Shown: positions 9,849 to 17,858 of the stretch, one piece after another
Layout of the letters: every line of letters starts with the position of its first letter
Numbering within the stretch: position 1 is the first letter of the stretch
From: a bacterium
Lineage (GTDB): Bacteria > JAMOTN01
Assembly (NCBI GenBank): GCA_027062325.1
Contig: JAMOTN010000003.1
Location: 1 to 59,065, forward strand
Length of the DNA stretch: 59,065 nucleotides
Reading direction: 5' to 3'
Program-made: the position numbers and the translations under genes
Notes under the pieces: model-generated
Databases searched by the model: none
Seen by the model: the letters and a program-made list of their open reading frames with translations, nothing else
What the model was told of the DNA's origin: nothing

Positions 9849-11912
9849 TTATTCCTCTAACATCAACCTTCTCATAAACAACTCTTTATTTTGAGACGTT
9901 CTCTGGCTAGTAACTCTTCCATTGATCATTCTATCCTCAGTAATTTTATTCTTCTGAACACTGCTAAAACGCTTCCCCACTCCTGCCAATTGATCCATTA
10001 TCCATTCAACCTCTTTTTCATTCCACCGACCATTTATTTTTTTGTAGCTGTTCATATCACGTCCCACTACCCAAGAGGCAACTATTAAAGGTCTCCTCTT
10101 ACTCCACACCTCAACAACGTATGGTTTACTAACCTCTTGCGCATCACCTGCTCCATCCTCATCGAAATGTTCAGCAGCCCCCGGTAAAACATAAGGAACA
10201 AAATAATCAGCTGTATTCAGCAAAGTAGCAGCCCCCATCACCACAATTTCTCCAGTCATATCAAGGGCAGGCGAAAATTCATTGGCAATGATAACAGCAT
10301 AACTTCCACTTTTGACAGTATCACTGTTTATACGAACACTCTCTCCCAGCTTTTCTAACAAACCATTTAAAACCTTATTTCCATTCAACCATTTCCAATC
10401 ACTCGCTCCCCACATTACAAGAGCACCCTTGTAGTACTTTGTGATGGCGTTTACCTCCCACTTGCTGTAGCGCTTTTTAGGATTAGATATAAGGAGCACA
10501 TCTACACCTCTCAAGTCAGACAAACTTTCAAGCTCAACATAGTTAAATATCTTTGAAAACTTTTTCTTGAACATATCAAGTTTTTTTACATAAATATTCT
10601 TATGCCCCACATCAATAGCTAAACGTGCTTTTTTGGCCTTCACCCACCAATAAGCCGAACCAACCTTAATCTTCTGCCATCCCTCTTTTTTAGGTTTAAC
10701 AGTAACTTTCTCGCCGCTTGTAAAAAGTAGTTCATTTTTCCATTCAACATAAACTTTTGTCCTTGCAACACCAATTCCCTGAGCCGGCGGTAAATCTTGT
10801 GCTACCCACTCGATCTTTATCTTTTTAAACCTCTCGTTATAATTAATAATTTGAATTTTATCCCCGTTTTTAACTCCTGCTTCTGCAAGATAGAGAAGCG
10901 GCAAGCGATGCACCGGTTTTAACTCATCATCCTCATATAAAACTTTTCCGTTCCACAAAACCTTGAAACTTGATGCAAGGCGAGTCTGCCAAACCAAAAA
11001 ATTTCCTCCTTTATACTCTTCAACAACTGGCCCGTATATAACCCCATCTTTGAAGCCTGTGAATACTTCAACAGTATCCTCTCTCATCACAAATGTTATT
11101 GTTCCAACATCCTTTGTCATCCACACTCGCCCATACTTTTTCAATCTCCTTACAGTATCAGGATTTGGATGTCCATAGTCGTTATACTTTCCCACAGAAA
11201 TAGCAATGTAAGAAGGCTTGATAGCATTCAAAAACTCATAAGAGGAAGAAGTTGATGAACCGTGATGCCCCGCCTTTAATATAGTAAATTCACCAGTATC
11301 ATACTCTCCAATTTCTTTCAAATGCTCAACTACTCTCTGCTCTGCAGGAGTTTCCGCATCACCCGTCAACAAAATTCTCCTCCCAGCATATTCAAGCAAC
11401 AAAACTATTGAGTAGTTATTGTAATTATCCTGATATTCAGCATCACATCCATCATAGGGATTAAGCACCCAAATTTTAACACCATCTATTTCAAACTTAT
11501 CTGGCCATTTCCATTTTACTATGGGGGTCTTAGAAGCCTTAACTTGCTTTATCAACTCTTTATAAGCAATGTTAACTCGCGGCTCTTTGTACTCAATAAA
11601 AGTACCAACTTTGAGATACTTCCAGTTATAAACCAACGTTCCAAAGTGATCAATATGAGGATGTGTCACAACAACCCAATCAAGTTTAGTGGCATCTTGA
11701 TGCCTCAGAAAGCTTATAACATCTTCTTTGGCAAATGTATCACCTGCATCAATAAGCATTTTCTTACCACTTGGAAATTCTATTAATATGGAATCCCCCT
11801 GGCCAACATTTATGACGTGAACAATTAAACTCCCCAGCGCAAAAATCCGAACCCCTAGTATCAAAATGCAGAGACTCAAAACCTTAACTCCTAACATTAC
11901 TTCCCTCTTCAT
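9849..11912 (-). CDS. secreted ComEC-type MBL-fold hydrolase with a long uncharacterised C-terminal region
   Basis: Start moved to ATG 11912 (GAGGGTG SD; MKREVMLGVKVLSLCILILGVRIFALG signal/anchor). Motifs VINVGQGDSILIE, LIDAGD, VVVTHPHIDHFG, LLTGDAE, KAGHHGS. About 400 further residues carry no motif I recognise. Confidence 0.7.
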   Translation of the reverse strand: MKREVMLGVKVLSLCILILGVRIFALGSLIVHVINVGQGDSILIEFPSGKKMLIDAGDTFAKEDVISFLRHQDATKLDWVVVTHPHIDHFGTLVYNWKYLKVGTFIEYKEPRVNIAYKELIKQVKASKTPIVKWKWPDKFEIDGVKIWVLNPYDGCDAEYQDNYNNYSIVLLLEYAGRRILLTGDAETPAEQRVVEHLKEIGEYDTGEFTILKAGHHGSSTSSSYEFLNAIKPSYIAISVGKYNDYGHPNPDTVRRLKKYGRVWMTKDVGTITFVMREDTVEVFTGFKDGVIYGPVVEEYKGGNFLVWQTRLASSFKVLWNGKVLYEDDELKPVHRLPLLYLAEAGVKNGDKIQIINYNERFKKIKIEWVAQDLPPAQGIGVARTKVYVEWKNELLFTSGEKVTVKPKKEGWQKIKVGSAYWWVKAKKARLAIDVGHKNIYVKKLDMFKKKFSKIFNYVELESLSDLRGVDVLLISNPKKRYSKWEVNAITKYYKGALVMWGASDWKWLNGNKVLNGLLEKLGESVRINSDTVKSGSYAVIIANEFSPALDMTGEIVVMGAATLLNTADYFVPYVLPGAAEHFDEDGAGDAQEVSKPYVVEVWSKRRPLIVASWVVGRDMNSYKKINGRWNEKEVEWIMDQLAGVGKRFSSVQKNKITEDRMINGRVTSQRTSQNKELFMRRLMLEE

Positions 11913-12042
11913 TCTCCACACCCTCTTTAAATTAATATATACACACCACATCATATCTCCATTCTCTGGTTTTAATTTTAATAAATCATCTCCTTTTTGT
12001 ATCACAAAATTTAAAGTGCCAGCTGCCTTTTCTGTTAAATTA

Positions 12043-13068
12043 TCAACGTTCTATAACTTCAAGCGTCCTATCAAATATGGCTTTATAAGGATTAACTATT
12101 CCAAACTTTTCGAACTCCTCTTCATTCCACACCCTACCTTTTAGCCTATCACAAGCAGGACCAGAGGGAGCTGAAAAACGATATACAGGGAGCCCCGCTG
12201 TCTCTTCAACAAGTGTAGAGTAGTGAGCCCCCTTCAAATAAGGAAGCCACTGATCGTGATAAAGAGAAACGTAAAGCTCAGCATCAAACCAAAAAGCAGT
12301 ATCTGCAGCCTTTATCCCCAAAAATTCAAAGCCATATTGTACTGCCATACTTTTCAGTCTATCTTTTAAAACTAAATCTTCATTTCCAAAAGCGTCTCCT
12401 TCTGAAGCGTGTGGATTAAGCCCCAAAACAACAGTCCTTTTCCCAGCAAGGTAAGAAAACGCTGCTACTTTAAAAAATGCCTGCCATCTCTCAAAATCCA
12501 TCACTAAATCAGGAACTTTTCGCAGCGCAACATGGCGTGTAAACAAAGCAGCGTATAAACGCTTTTTGGCTTCTCCAAACGTCTTCTTCCAAGAAAACGT
12601 CATCAAGCCTTCCTTTTCAAAATATGCCTCTAAAAGCTCCGTTTGCCCCGCAATAACTTCACAATCACCCACTCCAGAGGCACTACCATTAACTTTTAAC
12701 CACATCTTAACCTTTTTTAAAAGCTCTCTTCCTTCCAGCTGCTGAGCTAACCCCCTGTAAAAACGTACTTTGTAAACAGGTCCAGTGATCAAAATAACTT
12801 TTCTTTTTCCCTGTTCTCTCTTTGCCAACTCAACTCCCTTTAAAAAAGCCACCGCTCCACTCTCTTCTTCAGTAGGCACAACTTCAAAAGCACTTACCTT
12901 CTCAAAAGGCCCAATCAAAACTATCTCAGCTCTCTTGCTCAAGCTCTCTAATTTTTCAAACTGCGCTACAACTCCCCAGTAACCAATCCCCGTACTTTCT
13001 CCAGATGTGACAATAATAAGGTTTTTTTTAGGATTTTTATCGAGTTTTTTTAGTGTAAGCTCATTCAT
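12043..13068 (-). CDS. PdxA-family (4-hydroxythreonine-4-phosphate dehydrogenase-like) protein, divergent
   Basis: GLNPHASEGDAFGNED and YHDQWLPYLK match the PdxA NPHAGEGG and YHDQG motifs. The usual RTSVDHGTA is replaced here by RFSAPSGPA. Confidence 0.6.
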   Translation of the reverse strand: MNELTLKKLDKNPKKNLIIVTSGESTGIGYWGVVAQFEKLESLSKRAEIVLIGPFEKVSAFEVVPTEEESGAVAFLKGVELAKREQGKRKVILITGPVYKVRFYRGLAQQLEGRELLKKVKMWLKVNGSASGVGDCEVIAGQTELLEAYFEKEGLMTFSWKKTFGEAKKRLYAALFTRHVALRKVPDLVMDFERWQAFFKVAAFSYLAGKRTVVLGLNPHASEGDAFGNEDLVLKDRLKSMAVQYGFEFLGIKAADTAFWFDAELYVSLYHDQWLPYLKGAHYSTLVEETAGLPVYRFSAPSGPACDRLKGRVWNEEEFEKFGIVNPYKAIFDRTLEVIER

Positions 13069-13176
13069 CGAAACAACTCCCCATCCTACATTTTTCCCAT
13101 CAAAACATACATCCCTCTTTTTATCTTATGATAAATTGGCTAAAATTTAAAAGATAAGGTATAAGGAGGGATCAAG

Positions 13177-14619
13177 ATGTTGACCGTAAGATTTGCACCA
13201 TCTCCCACAGGATACCTTCACGTCGGAGGTGCAAGAACTGCTCTCTTTAACTGGCTTCTTGCTCAAAAGCACGGTGGAAAATTCATCCTACGCATAGAAG
13301 ATACAGACAGAGAACGCAGCAAAGAAGAATACACTCGTCAAATCTTAGAGGACATAAAATGGTTGGGCCTTGTGCCATTTGAAGGTCCATTTTTTCAAAC
13401 CCAACGTCTTGAGCGCTACCGTGAAGTGGCATTTGATCTGCTCAATAAGGGACTGGCATATCGTTGCTTCTGTTCTCCAGAAAAATTGGAAGAGGAGAGA
13501 AAGAGAGCATACAAAGCTGGGAAAGCCTTCAAATACCCCGGCTACTGTGCTAATCTATCAGAAGAAGAGATAAAGAAGCGTATAGAAAATGGCGAGAAGT
13601 TTGCAATAAGAATAAGAATGCCAAAAAACGAAGACCTTTCATTTGAAGACAAGGTGCGGGGCAAAATCAACTTTTCATCAAGCGAGTTTGATGACTTCGT
13701 AATACTCAAATCAGATGGCATGCCAACATACAATTTTGCTGTGGTAATAGATGATCACGATATGAAAGTCAACCTTGTTGTGCGTGGTGAAGATCACATC
13801 ACCAACACTGCTAAGCAGATAGCCATTTATAAAATCCTTGGGTGGGAAATTCCAGAGTTTGCCCACATTCCGCTCATCCTTGGCCCAGATAAAAAACGCC
13901 TTTCAAAGCGTCATGGAGCAAGAGCAGTAGGAGAATGGCGGCGAGAGGGAATTCTACCTGAAGCTATGATGAATTTTTTAGCACTGCTCGGTTGGAGTTG
14001 GGACGATAAGCAGCAGATATTTACACAGGAAGAGCTTGTCGAGAAGTTTTCTCTTGAACGAGTTAGCAAGAACCCAGCCGTTTTTGACGTTGATAAACTC
14101 ATTTGGATCAATTCCGAGCACCTAAAGAAGAAAGCGGACGAGGAAAAGGCAGAACTTGTAATTCCATTTCTTGTAGAAGCTGGACTTGTGGAATCAGAAG
14201 AAAGTATAGACAGAGCTTGGCTGATAGAAGTGATTAAAATAGTTGGAGATAGACTCAAAAAACTCACTGATATAGTCGCGTACGCGGACTTTTTATTCAA
14301 AGAAGATGAGGACATAATATACACTTCAGAAGACGCAAAGAAAGCAATCAAGGGAGATGGAGTAGTAGAAGTTGTTGAGGAGATAAATAAAGTTCTAAAG
14401 GAACTCGACAAATGGGATAGAACAGAGATTGAAAAAGTTATTCGCGATAAAGCAAGCGAGCACAATTTGGGAGCCTCAAAGCCAATTCGTGCAATAAGAT
14501 ACGCAATAAGCGCCAAGTTTGTGACTCCAGGCTTATTCGAGAGCATGGAGTTACTTGGAAAAATCCGCACTATAAATCGCATTAATAAATTCCTAGAGTT
14601 TGTAAAAGCTAACAAATAA
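13177..14619 (+). CDS. gltX: glutamate--tRNA ligase
   Basis: RFAPSPTGYLHVGGARTALFNWL (HIGH region), KLSKRHG (KMSKS region), 480 aa, AAGGAGGG SD. Confidence 0.95.
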   Translation: MLTVRFAPSPTGYLHVGGARTALFNWLLAQKHGGKFILRIEDTDRERSKEEYTRQILEDIKWLGLVPFEGPFFQTQRLERYREVAFDLLNKGLAYRCFCSPEKLEEERKRAYKAGKAFKYPGYCANLSEEEIKKRIENGEKFAIRIRMPKNEDLSFEDKVRGKINFSSSEFDDFVILKSDGMPTYNFAVVIDDHDMKVNLVVRGEDHITNTAKQIAIYKILGWEIPEFAHIPLILGPDKKRLSKRHGARAVGEWRREGILPEAMMNFLALLGWSWDDKQQIFTQEELVEKFSLERVSKNPAVFDVDKLIWINSEHLKKKADEEKAELVIPFLVEAGLVESEESIDRAWLIEVIKIVGDRLKKLTDIVAYADFLFKEDEDIIYTSEDAKKAIKGDGVVEVVEEINKVLKELDKWDRTEIEKVIRDKASEHNLGASKPIRAIRYAISAKFVTPGLFESMELLGKIRTINRINKFLEFVKANK

Positions 14620-14669
14620 CATTTTGCTTGGTTATGAACTAAATATCAGCCATCCGGGAGGGCATAAGA

Positions 14670-15422
14670 TTGCAAACAGTTTTAAAATTTATATTTGCTG
14701 TGGTGCTCATTGTTGCATCAATTATTTTTTATAGATGGTTTGTGGTACTTCAACGTTCACAACTTGCAGTCTCCATTGCTGAAGATGCTATAACCACTCT
14801 CAACTTTAACTCAGCAATAAAAACCGTAGAACGCATAAGAGAAGAGATTGATTCACCATTAAATAACCTGACCTTGTCAATTATTCCTTCTTTTGACAGG
14901 GTTAAATTTATGCTGCGCCTGATACATGCCAAACTTTTATTCGCAAAGGGTTTATCCACGAATGACGAAAATAGTTTGAAGTTGGCACTGCTTCTTTTAA
15001 AAGACATTCCTAACAAGAATTGGCCTGAGGTGAAGCGTGCCCAAAACATCAGAGGTGATTTACAGCTAGTGCTAAATAACTTCAAAGACTATGTTGTCAT
15101 ATCAAATTTTAGCAGTGAATGTCCTAAGTATTTGATAAAGCTGCGCAAATTTTCAGATTGGACAGAAGGACTATTGAAAGAATTTCTCGACCTTTATACA
15201 AAAACAGCAGAAATTCAATCAAAAATAAGCGTATTTGAAAACTTCAAAACTGAAACACTGAGCAATCAAATGGAGAAACTCGCTATTAAAATCAATGCTC
15301 TTGCAAATGCTCTTCAGTTGATGAAGCAAGAGTTAAAACTTAATATGAAAAAACTTGAAGCATCCCAGGATAAGGCAATTAAAAAAGTCTTATCTCAAAT
15401 CAAAGAAACATTTGGATGGTAA
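14670..15422 (+). CDS. hypothetical N-terminally anchored coiled-coil protein
   Basis: TTG start after GGGAGGG. TM helix FIFAVVLIVASIIFYRWFVVL, followed by helical/heptad-like sequence. No recognisable motif. Confidence 0.5.
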   Translation: MQTVLKFIFAVVLIVASIIFYRWFVVLQRSQLAVSIAEDAITTLNFNSAIKTVERIREEIDSPLNNLTLSIIPSFDRVKFMLRLIHAKLLFAKGLSTNDENSLKLALLLLKDIPNKNWPEVKRAQNIRGDLQLVLNNFKDYVVISNFSSECPKYLIKLRKFSDWTEGLLKEFLDLYTKTAEIQSKISVFENFKTETLSNQMEKLAIKINALANALQLMKQELKLNMKKLEASQDKAIKKVLSQIKETFGW

Positions 15423-15825
15423 TTAAATGGAGGATATAACTAAAGAAGTAAAAATACCGATTAACAAGGACCAATTACTTATTCAACATTCAACAATATC
15501 TAGCTAGCATGCTCAAAACTGCTCCAATAGTTAATACAGCATTCGCAGCAGGATTTAAAATAATGATTTTTATTAATCATAACCACGTAATTATTCTTTT
15601 TCCTCTTTTTTATTACCTCTTTTACCACAACTTTCAAACATGGTAAAAATTTCAAGCTAGCAATCACAATACATAACATTACAAATTCCTAAAATTTCTA
15701 AAAGAACTACATTCACCTGTTATTTTTATTCAACAATTATTGTTTTACTGTTTTTGCTTTCATTAAACAAACATTTGAAGGGGCCCATTATAGCATATTA
15801 TTTCATTTCACGTAAAAACAAATGC

Positions 15826-15858
15826 AAATAAAAACCCCGGGAGCATCTGCCCCCGGGG
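15826..15858 (-). terminator. rho-independent terminator after the OmpM-like gene
   Basis: CCCCGGG (15835-15841) pairs with CCCGGGG (15852-15858). On the minus strand it is followed by TTTTTATTT (plus 15826-15834), 28 nt past the stop codon. Confidence 0.7.
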
Positions 15859-15885
15859 CCATTTTAAACCAGCTTTCAGCCAGCT

Positions 15886-17526
15886 TTAGAAGTTCACGAC
15901 AACTTCGCAGCGTACATCGGTGTAATCCTGTCCCTGATCTCCACCGCTTGCGTCATCGTCGAAGGTGTAGTTTCTTACTTTAAGCTTCAAGTTGACGTGC
16001 TTGCTGTACTTGTAAGTTACGATTCCCTGGAATGCGTCGTGCTCTGCATTCAAGAATGCCTTGCTGTCGCTATCGTTGTTTTCAAGGCTTACGTAATCCA
16101 AACGAAGGTCGCACCTATCGTTTATCTTCTTAATAACTGTTACGTCATGTGCCTTGATGTTTGTGAGGTAGTCAACGTAGTTGTAACCTGCTGCAGTGTG
16201 TACCAAGTAGTAGCTCATAAGAAGATCATCGTTCTGAGCAGACTCGTGGTGAAGTCTGTAATCAGCTGATCCACCAGTCATATCAAGCCCGAAGTGCTTG
16301 TCACTCTTTGCAAAGTAATACTGGAACTTCCAATCGTCCTTGTAGTTTGCACGGAATCCAATCTTGAACATGTTACCCTCATCAACGTCACCAGATGCAA
16401 GCCCTGTAAGGTTTCCTTTAACAGTGGCAACCTCTGCATTCATGTAATCAGCATACTCTCTCTCATCAACATTCTCCTTGATAAAGCTTCCGAACAAAGT
16501 AAAGTTGTAATTATCACTTGCCTTCAATTCAAAGTCCAAACCAGCGTAATTTGGGCTAATTCTCTCATTGCTGGTATGATCATCTATTCTTGCAAAGTAG
16601 TAACCTCTGATGAAGTACTTCTCTCCTTCCTTGCTCAAAGCTGCGTAGTATGCATCAAACATGTTGTTGTCTGGATTAGAGATTGCTAATTTCTCGTCCA
16701 TTCTAATTGCTGCCAAGGTAAGACCAAGCTTATCTGCATTTGGCTTATTCTTGAACTCAACCACAAAATCTGGACGGTTTGCAAACAACGTTCCATCACC
16801 AATTCTGTAAATCCAGCGTCCAAGTTTTAAACTACCCCAGCCAAAAATCTCCTTAAGGTTAATGTATGCATCCAACATAGTAAATTCTTTGCTAACACTA
16901 TCCTCATCCATCATACCGCTCCAGAACTGATCTTTCAAGTTGTCGTCAAAGTTTCCGTTGGAAACATATCCGCTTACACATACATCAGTTTTCTCATCCA
17001 GATCTTTCTTAACCTTCAAGGTCCAGTCAATCATTGCACCCTGAAGAGTTGGCTCATCTACAGTCCCACCCTGAACCTTCTTACCATCAAAGCTTCTTGT
17101 AAGGAATACTGCTCTGACTCTGTGCTTAAACTCTGCTCCACCGGTTCCGCCAACTTTCATCTTTGCAACATCTTTCTTCAAGTTTGCAAGCTCATCTTCC
17201 AAAGTGCTTACCTTAACACCCAAAAGGCTAAGCTCGTCTGCAAGCTCAACAGTAAGTTTTTGAATAGTTGCATAATCCTCATCACTCAACTTAATCTCGC
17301 CACTTTTTACCTCATCAAGAACTTTTACCAAAATCTTTGCCAACTCGAAACGGGTAACTGGCTTATTACCCTTGAAAGTACCATCAGGATAACCCTTCAT
17401 GATACCCTTCTTAGCAAGCTCCATAACTGCTTTGTAAGCCCAGTGACTTGCTGGGACATCTCTGTAACCTGCACCAAACGTGACAGCTGCAAACATAAGC
17501 AAGACTACCAAAACCAGCTTCTTCAT
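15886..17526 (-). CDS. OmpM-type outer-membrane protein (SLH domain + coiled coil + beta-barrel)
   Basis: Start moved to ATG 17526 (AAGGAGGTGG upstream; signal MKKLVLVVLLMFAAVTFGA). SLH: YRDVPASHWAYKAVMELAKKGIMKGYPDGTFKGNKPVTRFELA. Coiled coil: LTVELADELSLLGVKVSTLEDELANLKKDV. About 380 aa of alternating beta-strand pattern ends in VVVNF. Confidence 0.8.
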   Translation of the reverse strand: MKKLVLVVLLMFAAVTFGAGYRDVPASHWAYKAVMELAKKGIMKGYPDGTFKGNKPVTRFELAKILVKVLDEVKSGEIKLSDEDYATIQKLTVELADELSLLGVKVSTLEDELANLKKDVAKMKVGGTGGAEFKHRVRAVFLTRSFDGKKVQGGTVDEPTLQGAMIDWTLKVKKDLDEKTDVCVSGYVSNGNFDDNLKDQFWSGMMDEDSVSKEFTMLDAYINLKEIFGWGSLKLGRWIYRIGDGTLFANRPDFVVEFKNKPNADKLGLTLAAIRMDEKLAISNPDNNMFDAYYAALSKEGEKYFIRGYYFARIDDHTSNERISPNYAGLDFELKASDNYNFTLFGSFIKENVDEREYADYMNAEVATVKGNLTGLASGDVDEGNMFKIGFRANYKDDWKFQYYFAKSDKHFGLDMTGGSADYRLHHESAQNDDLLMSYYLVHTAAGYNYVDYLTNIKAHDVTVIKKINDRCDLRLDYVSLENNDSDSKAFLNAEHDAFQGIVTYKYSKHVNLKLKVRNYTFDDDASGGDQGQDYTDVRCEVVVNF

Positions 17527-17554
17527 AAAAGAAGCCACCTCCTTTGCTGGTTTT

Positions 17555-17609
17555 GGAGCCCTGCCGTCCGGTAAGCCGTCCTCGGTTTTCCTTACCAGAC
17601 GCGAGCTCC
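17555..17609 (-). promoter_or_regulatory. GC-rich nested hairpin in the 5' leader of the OmpM-like gene
   Basis: On the minus strand GGAGC...GCTCC forms an outer stem. It encloses an 8-bp stem CTGGTAAG/CTTACCGG (one G-T pair) about 25 nt upstream of the SD. The element is conspicuously GC-rich against AT-rich surroundings. Confidence 0.3.
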
Positions 17610-17745
17610 TTTTTTCATCAGTTAGTTTAGCCAAAACTCGTTCCTTTTGCAAGTGTGCCACTTCCCAAAATAGCAACTTTTCATATTAGATTTGATCTAT
17701 TCAAGATCTTTTCATAAAAAAACAGCATCTTCTTTTCCTTTACAA

Positions 17746-17767
17746 ATTGGTAAAAATATTGGTAAAA
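17746..17767. repeat. tandem direct repeat ATTGGTAAAA x2 (12-nt period) in a divergent promoter region
   Basis: Read directly: copies at 17746-17755 and 17758-17767, between the OmpM-like gene and the 487-aa gene. Confidence 0.8.
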
Positions 17768-17858
17768 TTTTTATTTGCAAGCGTTCTACACTAATTTATA
17801 TCGCCCTAGTAGATTTTCATTTTACCTCAATTTTCGCTTTAATTTTTAGGAGGAAAAA

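Noticed and set aside
13069-13176. T-box or other leader upstream of gltX (also checked upstream of ilvE at 1279-1600 and nadA at 30260-30329)
   Set aside because: The leaders are too short (gltX, nadA) or lack the conserved T-box sequence and specifier architecture. Nothing recognisable was seen by eye.
13911-14615. 234-aa minus-strand ORF antisense to gltX
   Set aside because: It lies entirely within an unambiguous glutamyl-tRNA synthetase gene. It has Ser-rich low-complexity composition and no SD.
17527-17676. 50-codon N-terminal extension of the OmpM-like ORF
   Set aside because: An internal ATG at 17526 has a near-perfect SD and starts a textbook signal peptide. The extension is better explained as an in-frame open 5' leader.
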